Part shown: piece by piece, positions 13,501 to 25,089 of the stretch | Position numbering within the stretch: the first letter of the stretch is position 1 | Layout of the letters: each line of letters begins with the position of its first letter | Origin: Perna viridis | Taxonomy: Eukaryota | Reading direction: 5' to 3' | DNA: 64,000 nt | Assembly: GCA_037379345.1 (NCBI GenBank) | Contig: CM074513.1 | Span: 59,995,195-60,059,194, forward strand | Program-made: the position numbers and the translations under genes | Notes under the pieces: generated by a model | What the model saw: the letters and a program-made list of their open reading frames with translations, nothing else | Told to the model about the DNA's origin: nothing | Database searches by the model: none

Positions 13501-16500
13501 TCGATAGTATTTGGTCATTGCCTTTTTTTTTGCTATTTTACTTTCCCCTTCTTGTTGAATGTACATAAGTTGCCTTGTTGTCTTTTAGTTGTGTAATAGA
13601 TCTTTAAATATTACATGATGTTGTCTGTCTAGTATTTATTGTTACCACCTAACATCTTCTTTCTCAAGTTATTTTTTATTTTAACATTCATTTTGGAGAA
13701 ATCATTTTCATATCATCATTGATTGATTTTCTATTTACTGTAAAATCTGCCATTAAAACTTGCTTTTCTTGCTACCTCTTTACCTTTTTTTGCAACCTGT
13801 AAACTTATAATTCACTACTGTGTCAAAAGGAATGTTATTATCGGTAATATTTTAAGATCTGACCTTGTCCCTTCTGTTGCATGATTACTCTGTGGTGTTA
13901 GGGTGTATTTGCTTGCTAAATGTGTTGCTACCTTATTAGATTCCAGACAAACGAGATTTACGCATGCGAGGACAGGTAAGGTCATTGTCTAATTGCACTT
14001 GCCAAAGACCACTCCCAATTCTGATCGACACAAAATTCTGTTGACAAATAATTGTAACGTTCCCATATCACTGGCACTAAGACTCTAGTTCATTCTGCAC
14101 TATTCTAAATGTTAAATTATAAAATTGATATGTATTTTTGTTTCAATTTAGTGACAACGTTGCCATTAGTATACTGGTTTTTACCATACAAAATATTCCA
14201 TTGTTCTTTTCAGTATTTTGAACTTCACTAGAAATTGTCTTAAAAACTGATGATTGTATTATTTCTACGCTCACCAAAATTTTTCATGGGTATCCCTCCT
14301 AGAATTGATACCTTGAACAGCAGTGTAAGCAGGTCTTGAAGCAATTCACTTAATCCTTCTGTCAGTCATGCTTAGGGGGGTATCTGCAACTCAAAAAGCA
14401 TTCAAACCTTGCGCACTGTTTATGTACATTTTGAAGATGTGCACCTGTTATTATGGAGAAATTTGATTATTTTTTATACAGTTACAAAAATTTGCAGTTG
14501 CATAATGGAATGCACTGTCAATTTCTTCTATGTAATCTGTTAATTTTCATGCCATAAGTTAAGAATTAATTGGTAATTCATTATAAAAATATACAAGATT
14601 TCAAACCACAGAATGGTGGTTGGTATTGAATTGAGGGGTTATGTCCCCAATCGTTTTGGAAATTAGGGACCAAACAAAACATTTCATATAATTAAGCTAT
14701 ATAACTGCAGTAAAAGGTTGTTAATAATAATATTCCACTATATATATTTCATTTAGGTCATACTGGTATTTAATTTTGGTGTCTAGTTTGAAGTGTCTAG
14801 GAGTGAGGGGTTAGAAACAAGCTTTTCTTCTGAAGTCCGGTCAATAAGTTGACTATAAGTGAATGGATTCTTAGGGATATTGTACAAAAGGGTGTCATAC
14901 CACATAAGTAAGGCTGGGACTCATTTTAGGTGTTGTGACTTGACCTATATCAGGAATTAGGGGCTTAAAAGTGTACTTGAATAACTTTAGTTAAATGGAA
15001 CGGATCTCTTTAGAACTGCACCACAATGTGCCATTCCCAGAAAGAAAGGTTATGATTATTTTTCAAGGGACTTGAACCTTATAGGAATTGTGGGCCAAAA
15101 AGTGGCCAATTCAATTCTGGTCAAATTCTTATTCTGTGTCAAATGTTTAATGGTAATCAAACTCTGAAGTTGTGTAAAGCTCGAATTGGGTGTCCTTGCT
15201 TGCTCCAGCTGTTCAGAGTTCCACCTCTGTAGTTGTATTAAGCTACACCCTTGGAAGTATTTTATTTTATTGGACATTATTGGCATGTTACACTTGGCCT
15301 TTTTTTGTCACCTTATGTTGCGGATGATTTGTGTTACCTGTATCTAAATTATTAAACTAATATTAGTCAAACATTGCATTGTGTTTTTGTTTTGTTATGA
15401 ATTAACATTTATATAATGAGAATAAAATGAAACAACCCCATGGGGATGAAAAATGTTAGCTTTAATGTACCACAAAGAAATGTATATTTCATTTTAGGAA
15501 ACAGATATTTACATATCTTAAGAGTTTTTCCTTTTAGTGTCACGTTTTGCTATCATTGTTGTTATTTCTGTGAATTAGTATTGTTATATTTATAGTTTAA
15601 ATCCAGATGTATTTTACTTCTACACCAAAAAATGCACATTTTGCTTTACGGCGTATTATATCAGGAAGGGTTCAATGCATGTACTGTGTGACATTGTTCT
15701 TGACTGCATCATTGCCTTTGAATTCAAACAGCATGATAATAATAGAGAGGTTTGCTTCAGATATCTGGATCTACTGCTCTGGTGTCTGCTCTAAGTGGCT
15801 TTTTCTGTTGTTAATTGTCTGAACTTTCTGATATTTAAGATATTATTGTTTTATCTATAAAAGAAAGTAAATTGTTATAGATTACATTTCTGAGAAACTC
15901 TGCATACTTTGGTTTTGTCTGCATTAAGTTGTTGTTGATCTGCTGAGCACAGACAGTGCTTAAAGTCATTCTTAAAGTTATTAAAACATTGACAGCATTC
16001 AGGAGCAGTATTTCTTTTATTTTTAGGTGGTGAACTCGACAAATGGAGACCTGAACCCTGATGATCCACAAGGTGCTCAATCTAATACACCTTTCAATAA
16101 CCAGGGACAGAGGGATGAGGATCAAAGTGAAACTAAGTAAGCAACATCGTTCTAATATTAGGTTTTATTTCAGGGACAGATACTATTATGGCTGTGGTTA
16201 TAGATTTGTTGTTGGTAGATAGAGTTTTATTTTAGCACCTTTAATCATGTTAATTTTAATTTACATTTTGATGAGAAATTGAATGAATAGATTGACCAAA
16301 CTACAAAAACTAAGAAAATTGTTACCCTTCAACGGTACATCAATATTATATAACAATTTCACACGTTACACATTTTATTAACCCATGTTCTTCAGTACCT
16401 TTATTATCTGCAGTTCATTACCTTCTAATTAAATTATTAAAATGAAATAATCTATCAATACTGTAGTTGTATAGTTGTACTACTTATATATTTAAATATA

Positions 16501-16641
16501 GGAGTTTTTACATTAGATTTAGTAAACAAAAAGGTCTTTGATAATCATGAAATTTGGCCAGCTGATACATTGCTTTGACCTGTTACTGCTTTCAGGTGCT
16601 GTTTCTTCCGACGCAGAAAGAAAAAGAAGAGTCGCCGATGA
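1431..16641 (+). CDS. CSNK1G: Casein kinase I gamma (gilgamesh-like), 5'-incomplete spliced gene: join(1431..1579,4127..4361,6728..6898,7949..8094,9809..9862,13390..13491,16027..16136,16596..16641)
   Basis: The spliced translation gives CK1 motifs [48 protein letters not shown] and [15 protein letters not shown]. Gamma-specific tail motifs [18 protein letters not shown] and [13 protein letters not shown] are present. All introns are GT-AG with consistent phases. Confidence 0.95.
4127..4361 (+). CDS. CSNK1G: CK1 gamma exon ([22 protein letters not shown]...DFGLAKEY...SINTHLGK)
   Basis: tctttttcag acceptor; g|gtaggc donor; catalytic loop and DFG motif. Confidence 0.97.
4875..5898. mobile_element. 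Foldback/Tc1-mariner-like MITE with ~350-bp inverted arms
   Basis: 4875-5232 is the imperfect reverse complement of 5548-5898 (e.g. ggtcaaagatcaatcgaccccaata / tattggggtcgattgatctttgacc); termini (c)agtgctgc...gcagcactg followed by TA. Confidence 0.85.
6330..6635 (+). mobile_element. tRNA-derived SINE with a Meta-like core
   Basis: B-box-like gggttctatccc, core accaaagactttaaaattggta..tgcttctcc, tail gttaaacagcaatcagtcaatc; related copies near 38515-38620 and 58965-59200. Confidence 0.7.
6728..6898 (+). CDS. CSNK1G: CK1 gamma exon ([57 protein letters not shown])
   Basis: Long poly-T tract then cag acceptor; g|gtattt donor; phases match the flanking exons; not in the ORF track. Confidence 0.96.
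7949..8094 (+). CDS. CSNK1G: CK1 gamma exon ([28 protein letters not shown]...DWTGRQ)
   Basis: tttcag acceptor; cag|gtgaac donor; end of the kinase domain. Confidence 0.95.
9809..9862 (+). CDS. CSNK1G: CK1 gamma tail exon ([18 protein letters not shown]); alternative in-frame donor at 9877 adds VRQHK
   Basis: cattttag acceptor; PTP follows DWxGRQ as in vertebrate CK1g; donors aag|gtgaga and aag|gtaaat. Confidence 0.75.
11692..11972. repeat. 54-bp tandem repeat x~5
   Basis: tgaggtgtgatatcagtatgacacattagtgttggacagatagacaatgtctat. Confidence 0.9.
12400..13200. repeat. 41-bp minisatellite x~19
   Basis: gtgtgctacactgactcattggttagattcttccacagttg. Confidence 0.95.
13390..13491 (+). CDS. CSNK1G: CK1 gamma tail exon ([34 protein letters not shown])
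   Basis: ctttcag acceptor; cag|gtacgc donor; 102 nt, phase 0/0; matches the vertebrate CK1g LAADRHGGSVQ motif. Confidence 0.88.
13940..13975 (+). CDS. CSNK1G: Candidate 36-nt cassette microexon of CK1 gamma ([12 protein letters not shown])
   Basis: ccttattag acceptor; strong cag|gtaagg donor; frame-preserving; no stop codon. Confidence 0.5.
16027..16136 (+). CDS. CSNK1G: CK1 gamma tail exon ([36 protein letters not shown])
   Basis: tttttag acceptor; aa|gtaagc donor; matches the CK1g VVSSTNGELN.DDP.G.HSN.P motif. Confidence 0.93.
16596..16641 (+). CDS. CSNK1G: CK1 gamma last coding exon ([15 protein letters not shown]), palmitoylation/polybasic membrane anchor
   Basis: ctgctttcag acceptor; the phase 2 join restores TK-CC-FF; TGA at 16639-16641. 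Confidence 0.92.
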
Positions 16642-18174
16642 AAGATAAATTTGAAACATGGCTACCCATGACTTATTTTAATACTGACAAGATCTGTATC
16701 ATGTGATCAAACTCAAGCTTTATTGTCATACAGCATTTACAGTGCTCTCCAGAAATATGTTGACCTGAACTCAAGGTCAAATTCAGATCTTATTTCATCT
16801 GTCGTTAGCATTATTTAGTGTTTGATGCTAACTACTGTTATGTGTATACAATTTTTTTCAAGAACTGCTTAAAATGCCTATGTAGATAACTTGCAAATCT
16901 AGCCATGTTCTGAAATTTGGTATATCTTTGTTTAGTTCACTGCAATAAAGCTTGGAGCCATTTATTGTAAGCTTGTTCATGTATGATCAAATATTTATAA
17001 GATTTTGGTGAAGCCTGCAGATTCTGGATGAATTTGTTCATTGTTTCCTTTAGAAAATGTAAAATTGAACCAAATCTGCTGTGTTTCTGTAGAATCTATG
17101 TACTGTAGAGACTTGCCTGCATTGTGAGTTATCTCTTTGATGTAGGTGCTGTTGTTTCACTAAAAAGAAAAAGGTTAAAAAGAGAACAGTAAAAAGTAGA
17201 AAATGATGGGCCAACCTGGACCAAGAAATTGATACAGTTCCATTGTACTTCTCAGGCACAGATGACACTGGACATCCTACTATTGTCGCCCGGCTAATTA
17301 TTCTTTCTTGTGAGAAAATCATGGAGTATTTTATGTTAAAGCTACCTGGGCTACCATGGTAATTTTATCAAACATTGTAGAAGTATCTTGAATCTTTCAT
17401 CAAACAATGATGAAATGTGTAAATGTCAAATGACTGGGTGAAATAGGGGGTATTCAAAAACCTATAGACCTTATTAATTTTTATTAAATAGCTTTATCCT
17501 TATATTGCTCGGTTAAAACACAAAAGAAGTGAATCTTGATCCAGGAATGACCACACGTAATAAGCCATTCCTATTTTTCTGTAATTATTTTTCATAAATT
17601 TTTCGGAGTTTTATCTCAATATTAAAATGTTGGTGACAAATAAGTAGATAACTGTATCACATCCTTATTTGTTAACAAGTGTTTGTCTTTTATAATAATT
17701 AAATCTTTATGTGTGAACACTGTTTTATAAAATGAATAATATAAAGTATGATGCTCAGAGTGAATCAGATGAATAGAGACAGTAAGTGATAGTTGGTATG
17801 GGTATTCAGTCAGAAATGCAGTCACTTTTCAATGTTTTTTAACCAAATTTCATATTTTTCTTATCAGATTTTCAGATGCTAGGTATAAGAATTTAACATT
17901 AGCATGATTCTGTGTGAAAGGAAAGCTGAGAGATTTTTTTGACAAGTATGAAAGCTGCCATTCTCTTCACCTCTTGGATCTCAGAATACATGTAATTTTT
18001 CATTTTCATTGCTATACCCACTGGTTTCATGAAATATTGTGGTATAATTTGATTTAAGTGATGTAGGGTTGATTTATTTATATATATATATATATTTTCC
18101 CATTAAAAGCTGATCTTCAGTTTTTGTTTTCGATGTCGATCAGTGAAGTGTTGATGATCAAATTTTGCACAGTA

Positions 18175-18292
18175 AGAGTAGCCTGGTCCATTATGATTGA
18201 GAGTAGCCCAGTTCGCTGTGATTGAGAGTAGCCTGGTTTGCTGTGATTGGGAGTAGCCTGGTGTATTATGATTTGGAGTATCCTGGTCCATT
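18175..18292. repeat. 25-bp tandem repeat x~4.7 in the probable CK1g 3' UTR
   Basis: agagtagcctggtccattatgattg and variants. Confidence 0.8.
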
Positions 18293-20443
18293 GTAATTTG
18301 TGGGAAGATTGATCAGTAGAATCTCTGTTTTCAGTATGGCACATTAAGGTGCACTGTTTGACAATAGGTAGAAATCATTTTATTATTGACATAATGTTTT
18401 AATGACCAGTTTTATGTGAAATAACAATTTTAACACTTGTTTTTGTGTTTTACCTGTAAAACCTAACATAAGAGTTTATAGGTCTCTCTGATACTGCCTT
18501 GTCTTTAAAAAGGTATAAATTTGAGCCTTTTAGAAAAAAAAATATTGATTATTGAGAGAGAAAAAAAACAATGTTTTGCATTATACTAAATATTATTTAT
18601 CTGAAATATCAGCAACTATATTATTCTGTCAACATTTGGATATAAGGAGATTAGTAGCTTAAAAAATTCTCCAAATATCTGTCTAGAATACAAGAATATC
18701 TGTTAAAAATCCCTCCAGAAATCTGAATATCTGTTTTGGAATGATTACTTTGACAGACAGAATCCGACCACCCATGCCAGAAGTACAGATAACAATACTG
18801 ATATTACAGCCTATGTTATATTTCTCTAGACTGCCTGTAATTATTTAATTTTTGTGAATATGTGTTTTTGATGAAATGTAATAATCAGGCATATGAAAGG
18901 GAAAATGTGTATTGTGTTTTTCTGTCAATTTATATTGCTTCACTGTTGATTGAATGGGTGAAAGTTTATTGTTATCTATTGTTAGTCACTTAGATAAAGA
19001 AGTATTATCTTTATTTTCATTATGTACAGTTGATGATTTGTGCATAAAAATAAAATATTCATTTTAGGATAATTCTTAGAGATGCTGTGCTCTTCATTGA
19101 ATAAAAGTCATATTTCTTATAAAACTAACATATCTTGTAGTGTTTTTATTGTATTACCGCGGTTGGTCGTATTATGGTATCAAGCTGTCGTCATCTAAGA
19201 CATTTGGTGTCCATACGATAACTTTATTATAAATGTGAAGATCTTTATGATACAAGATACCACACCACAAAGGATTTTGTGACTTGAAGCATTTAGGGTA
19301 AGGGGGCATTTTCCCAATGGCAAGATAATAAATTTCTTCTGCAATATCACAAAAGGAAGGCTTGGGTTGATTTTTGGGGTTGTGACTGGAATCATTCAGG
19401 ATTTAGGGGCTAATAAGAGGTCCTTCAGTTCTGGTCAATGTTATCCTGTGTCAAATACTTTATCACTGAATGATTAAAATTGAAATGTGTGCTACCCCAT
19501 TCCGGCAATCAACAGAGGGATCTAGAAAGACGAAGGGGCAACCTGTCCAATTAAGCAAATCACACCAAAACACAAGGTCATAGTAACTTAATTTGAGTAT
19601 TAGATGGTTGATCGATATAAAGAAAAATTAACAAGGTTTCAAACCACAAAGTGAAGGTTGGTGTTGATTATGGGGGTTAAGCATTTAGTGGGATTTAACT
19701 ATATAACGTCAATTAACGCATAGGAATTTCTATGATATTGTTCCACAATATTCTGTACCACAATGATCAGACTTGGATTGATTTTTTGGGGTAAAGACGA
19801 ACTTTTCAGAAATAAGAGACCAGAAACATGCGTTTTCCTTTTGTCCAGACAATAACTTGACTAGTAGTGAATGGATCTTTTGGAAATTGTATAACAAGGC
19901 GCCATACCACAGAAATAAGTATTTTTCTGATTTTTTTAAGATAGTTTATTTTAATATTGATTTTTTAATTTGTTATAAGATTCTTCATCTCCTACATTTT
20001 CAAGTTACAAAGGTTCTAATGGGACCGCACCTCCCAAAAATGGACTTTTTTATTGATGGTGCAATTTTTTTATTGGGATTCCTTATTAAAATCCTAGCCT
20101 AAATACAAGAGCTTAAAGAAGTATGCTTACCAAATTAGTCCTATCATTTACTGTTTTTGAGATAATGGGGTACCAAGCGATTTATGGATGCACCCTGAAG
20201 CAGACATTTATACTTCAATTAAATTTCAAAATATTGGGCAATATTGTGTCCATAATGAACTGTGAGTCCCCATGTTTAGTGTGTCAAAAACTACAAATGT
20301 AATATTGTGTCTACACTTGCCTCAAGTGAACAGAGTTCAACTGGTTGTAGTCGTATCATGCTGTGCACAGCGAAGCTTATTAATAAATATATGAAGAAAG
20401 GGGTCTGGTAAATTTGAGAACAAGGGGAAGTGGTTCTGTAATT

Positions 20444-20635
20444 GAGTAATCAAGGGAACCAAGATTCTAGCAGAATTTAAAAAAAAAAAACCCAGAGACA
20501 AAGACCAGACATGGAAAAAAGACACATGTGCACACAACAAAGATCATAAAATAACCACAATAATACATACAAAGTAGCTCGAATAAATGAGCAAATCGGA
20601 TCCCATTAAAAACTGGAGCATGGGCCAGGGGCACA
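20444..20635 (-). mobile_element. Penelope-like element 3' end, diverged copy B
   Basis: Reverse complement of the shared 3' terminus (gagtaatcaagggaaccaag...gacaaagaccagacatgg). Confidence 0.7.
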
Positions 20636-20689
20636 TCTTTCGAAACTGTTAACTTCCACACAACTGTAAAAGAGTCTTATGACGACACT

Positions 20690-21320
20690 TGTTATTCTTG
20701 TAGTAGTATAAATTCAAAGTGGATCCTGCAAAATTCAAGACATTCTGGAAACTTGTTTTTTATTTATAACATCAAGACCTTCAACTCTTTATACTACTAT
20801 TCTCCATACTTAGTTGAAATCCCGACTCAAAGGCATTTTACATCGTTGTTACTCCATAAAAGATGGAACACCTAAATACAAATATGTAGTACTTGATAGA
20901 GAGTCTCCATACTTAGTACAAAACGATTTCAACAAATCATCTTCGTAATACACAAAAAATGTACAGTGAAATGCCCGTTAATTGTGATGCACGTGTTTTT
21001 TTTAACAGGTGGTCGGCATTCCAATGGGAACAAATTGTGCTCCGCTTCTAGCTGACCAATTCCTTCACCCTTATGGTGCTAATTTAATAGTTGATCTTAT
21101 CCAAAAGAAGAAACATCGTTAAGCGGGATTCTTTGATCTATTTCGCTATACAAATGACATGTTGTCTTTAAACAATCATGGATTCTGGATTTTATGCATA
21201 GCGTCTAACATTAAAAACTTTAAATAAAGAACATTCAGCCTTATATCTTGACATACTCTAGGAGATACTGGTAGATCGAAAGGGAAAACTCATGACCAAA
21301 CTATACGACAAACGGGATGT
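20690..21320 (+). mobile_element. Degenerate Penelope-like reverse transcriptase core
   Basis: GIPMGTNCAPLLAD near 21015-21056; FRYTNDMLSLNN (decayed YIDD); LMTKLYDKRD; contains frameshifts. Confidence 0.8.
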
Positions 21321-21757
21321 GGGGGAATAAGAGAGAAACATGACATAGAGTGATACAGACAGGGAATTTATATCACTAGGTCCAGTATTATAATAATAAT
21401 ACGGAGGACAACTTTATGCCAGTATTGATTTCTACCCATGCTTAAATCTTCAATAAAATGTGGTCAGCCATATCTATCTTTGCTTTTCAAAATCATTTAA
21501 AATTGACATTTCAATTTACATTTAGGCCGTGAAAAGAAACTGATTATCTTCTCGCAATAAAAGATCTGGTTTCTCTGATTTTATTTGGAAACATTTCCAT
21601 AATTTAATTTCTAATAGATTCTAGTCTAGATTAAGATTTGACTCTTTATGAAAACTTTATTGGTATTTGAATAGCGGACAGTGGAGCAATCAATAATAGT
21701 GACGTCACGATTCCCAACTAACCTGGTTTATCGAGAATATATTAGAAATGGCTTTTA

Positions 21758-21910
21758 CAGACAGACAGACAGACAGAATAATTTACTTGAGTGATATGTA
21801 CCAATATACAATTGTACAACAGTTGATAAAAAAATATGTTAAAAAAGTAACATATACCATCATTCTAAAATTATTGGTACTCAGCCAATATTGACTTATG
21901 AGACACCTTG
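21758..21910 (-). mobile_element. Probable non-LTR element 3' end with a (CTGT)n tail
   Basis: (acag)5 microsatellite abutting a degenerate polyA-signal-like motif on the minus strand. Confidence 0.4.
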
Positions 21911-22601
21911 CATAAAGCACTTGTTTTTCATTATAAATCAAAATCAATAACTGGTATTGTTACATACTGTGTTTTGATTGTTCCTGTTTGTCCCCCTTTT
22001 TGTGCACCATATCATCAAGTTTGTCTAAGAACAAGAACAACCAAATTACATGTAATAGCACTGTTAACCAGTAGAAATTCAGTATAACAAGAAAATTATC
22101 CCCTCAAATAAAGAGTTGTATTACAAATAGTAAAATCAATTTTTTCATGCTCACTGAATATCTCAATACTTCTAATTCATAGAGAATTGTAACAAAAATA
22201 AAAGTAGGGAAAAGTTTTGTCGTGCTTGTTAACCTGCGTGTGTGTACAGTTATTATAACAAAAGCTGACCAATAATCCTGGGCTATTGTTTGGCTATAGA
22301 AATTACACTTGTTGTGAAGAGGTCTAAATACTTTATGTTTTCACGTCATTATGTCTATTTAAACAAAGGGAACAAAAATAAAATAATTATCAAAAACGTT
22401 ACCAAAAAACGAGATTGAGATTGCAAAAAGCAAAAAAGAATGAAGTGGGCAACTGAAAAAGCGCTCTGCTTGCGCTGGGTAAAAAAAAATACCATTGCTA
22501 TTTATTGATTTTGACCTTGATAATAATTATGATTTTAGATTTATATAAGGACTACAAGAATGTGTCCAATTTTGTAAATATACACTAAATGTATATTTAA
22601 A

Positions 22602-23215
22602 CCATCTAATTACAGGCCAGTATCTTTAACACCTATCTGCTGTAAATTACTAGAGCACATAATATTTAGCGTCGTTATGAAACACTTTGATGCCAATAAG
22701 ATCTTAATAGATACGCAACACAGATCCAGGAAATGTGAATTCATGTGAATCACAGCTCTTACTAACAGTCGACGACCTTGCTTCAAGCTTGAACAAAAAC
22801 CAACAGGTGATTGTGATACTTTTGGACTTTAGTAAAGCTTTTGATAAGGTCCCTCACCAACGATTATTGACAAAGATCCAGCACTACGGCATTAGAGATA
22901 ACATCAATGACTGGATAAGAGATTTCCTAGGTGGACGAAAACAAGAGGTTGTACTAGAGGGCAAACATTCAGCATCATCGGATGTCATCAGGATATGGAA
23001 TGCCTTGCCAGACAGACTAGTTGTTGTACCCACACTAAAGGCATTCAAAGTGGGAATCCTGACAGCAGAGTAGACGAACTTGAATTTTAACTGTATATAC
23101 AGATTCTTTTAAATGTGCAGTCCTTTGTCACCGTACGTAAATAGTGTACATAGCCGAGTTCGACAATACTCAGACATCTGAGGGATGAACATTATAGGAA
23201 GAAAAAGAAGAAGAA
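22602..23215 (+). mobile_element. CR1-type LINE relic, 5'-truncated with a large internal deletion, 3' hairpin and (GAA)n tail
   Basis: PSNYRPVSLT.ICCKLLEHII, SCESQL and LDFSKAFDKVPHQRLL jump directly to IRIWNALP; hairpin ctcag-acat-ctgag then gaagaaaaagaagaagaa. Confidence 0.85.
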
Positions 23216-24108
23216 TGTTGTTTCTAGAGTGTTTACAATTAAGGTAGGTACTTAGTGTAAACTTGATTTGATGACCTTTGACCTATATGACATTGAAAAT
23301 CAGAATGTTTTAGATTATTCCCAAGTGTTGATAAACATTACTATACTCTTACAACGTCTTCGTATTAAAAGGGTTTAAAATCTCGTGGAACAAACTAACT
23401 AAATGACTACTAGGAGGACGCACTCCATAAAACATTGAAGTAAATCGTGACGTGGTGTATAGGCTATAAAATAAAAGGTTTAAGTAACAAGTACTATTTT
23501 TGAAAAAGGATAGCCAACGCAATAAAACTTTACTTCTAAGTTTCTACATTTTTTTCAAGAAAATAACATATGGCAAGCAATTCAAATTTTCGATACGGTT
23601 TTTGAACGCTGTTTCAAGTTGTCGATATCGTTTTTTTTTTTAACGCCTCTAAGTTATCGCTATTTGCCAATCGGGAAACGGAATTGCAATCAGGTGACTT
23701 GCGTTTCCATAGAAGAGCGTCTTTAAGGTCAAAGGGTAAAAAGCGAAACTATAACGACTGCGTCGGAACAAGGTCACCAAATGCAATCTTTATTTTGCAC
23801 TTGGTTTTGAACTAAAAAAAAAAAACGACCAGTTCCATTTTATCATGACATTGATATATGAAATTTCACATAACAGTGATGGATCTAGATGGGGTGCAAG
23901 GGAGTGGCACCCCCTTTTAATGGACAATGACAAAAATGGCACATTTTGTCCTAACACCCCTTTTCCTGATGAAACCCGGCTGGTATCCATCCTATTCAAA
24001 GTGTCTGAAAGTTAGTAAGTAATTTATATTTCGAGTCGGCATAAAATATACAAAATAGAACATGAGTAACATGAGCTCTGTACCTTTAGAAGGTCAAGGT
24101 GAAATGAC

Positions 24109-24506
24109 TTATGTTGCTACAAGATTGAAGTCATCACTACAGAAGTTTTATGGTCGTTATCATGAACTCGTGGATCGTTATGGTGTATCCATCAGCACCA
24201 TGAAAACTGATTTATTCAACGGGTCATAGTTTTCCTTCCCTCGTTTGTCTATCCCGGACTTGACTTTTTATGAGCAACTCGGCGGGTGTTTCTAGAAAAG
24301 CAGAGGACGTTTACCCTACCGGTGCACCTGGTCCATGCTCCCAGTTTTTAGTGGAGTCCGAGTTGCTCATTTACTTTTGTTACTTTGTATGTATGATTTT
24401 AGTTACTTTATGTTCTTTGTTGTGTATGTCTGTTTCCATGTCTGGTCTTTGTCCCTGGATTACATTCTTTTGATTACCGCTATAACCTTGGTTCCCTTGA
24501 TTACTC
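24109..24506 (+). mobile_element. Penelope-like element 3' fragment, copy C (intergenic, best preserved)
   Basis: YVATRLKSSLQKFYGRYHELVDRYGVSISTMKTDLFNGS* followed by the shared 3' UTR. Confidence 0.8.
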
Positions 24507-25089
24507 CTTGACATTGACCTGTAATTGAAGGTCTTGAATTTATTGGTGTATTAGTCCCTTGTCTGTACGACTTGCGGCTCTTGAATTTTTACATACATAT
24601 TTTTAAAAATAGTTGAATGTAATTACGACCGTAAGATTCGTTAACAATTTTGAATGCTTTCGCAGTTTATCGTTATCGTTATTATTTTCATGTTAAAATG
24701 TTGATTGGGCCATTTTCCTCACCAGCTACACAAGCCTGGCTTGATGTCCTCAGAATAACTATTTTTGTATGTCAATTTATGTTTATTTTGGAAAATCATA
24801 TGAAAACCATACTCTTTTCGTAGGTGACATATAAATACCAAATGCCTTTTATTTAATTGTGTTTCGTGAATTACTTTGTTAGTTAGAAACATATGTTTTT
24901 CAGGTGATTCCAAACATACGAAAAACATATTTTGTAACTTTTCCTGTTTTTATGTATATTAACATTTATGAGCATCTTTTATGTAAATGGAATCGTTTTT
25001 CAGATTGGTTCTTCAAGATAAAGGCCAATGAAACAAATTGCAACAAGATGGCATATCTTCAAGTACATGTGAAATCCGTGTGTTCATGA

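Noticed and set aside
23965-24010. Hammerhead-like CTGATGA...GAAA
   Set aside because: I could not find convincing stems I-III around the core.
24270-24370. SECIS element in the Naiad-type 3' UTR (starts ATGA; some Naiads encode selenoproteins)
   Set aside because: The ATGA pairs Watson-Crick with TCAT instead of forming the GA quartet, and there is no AA at the expected spacing.
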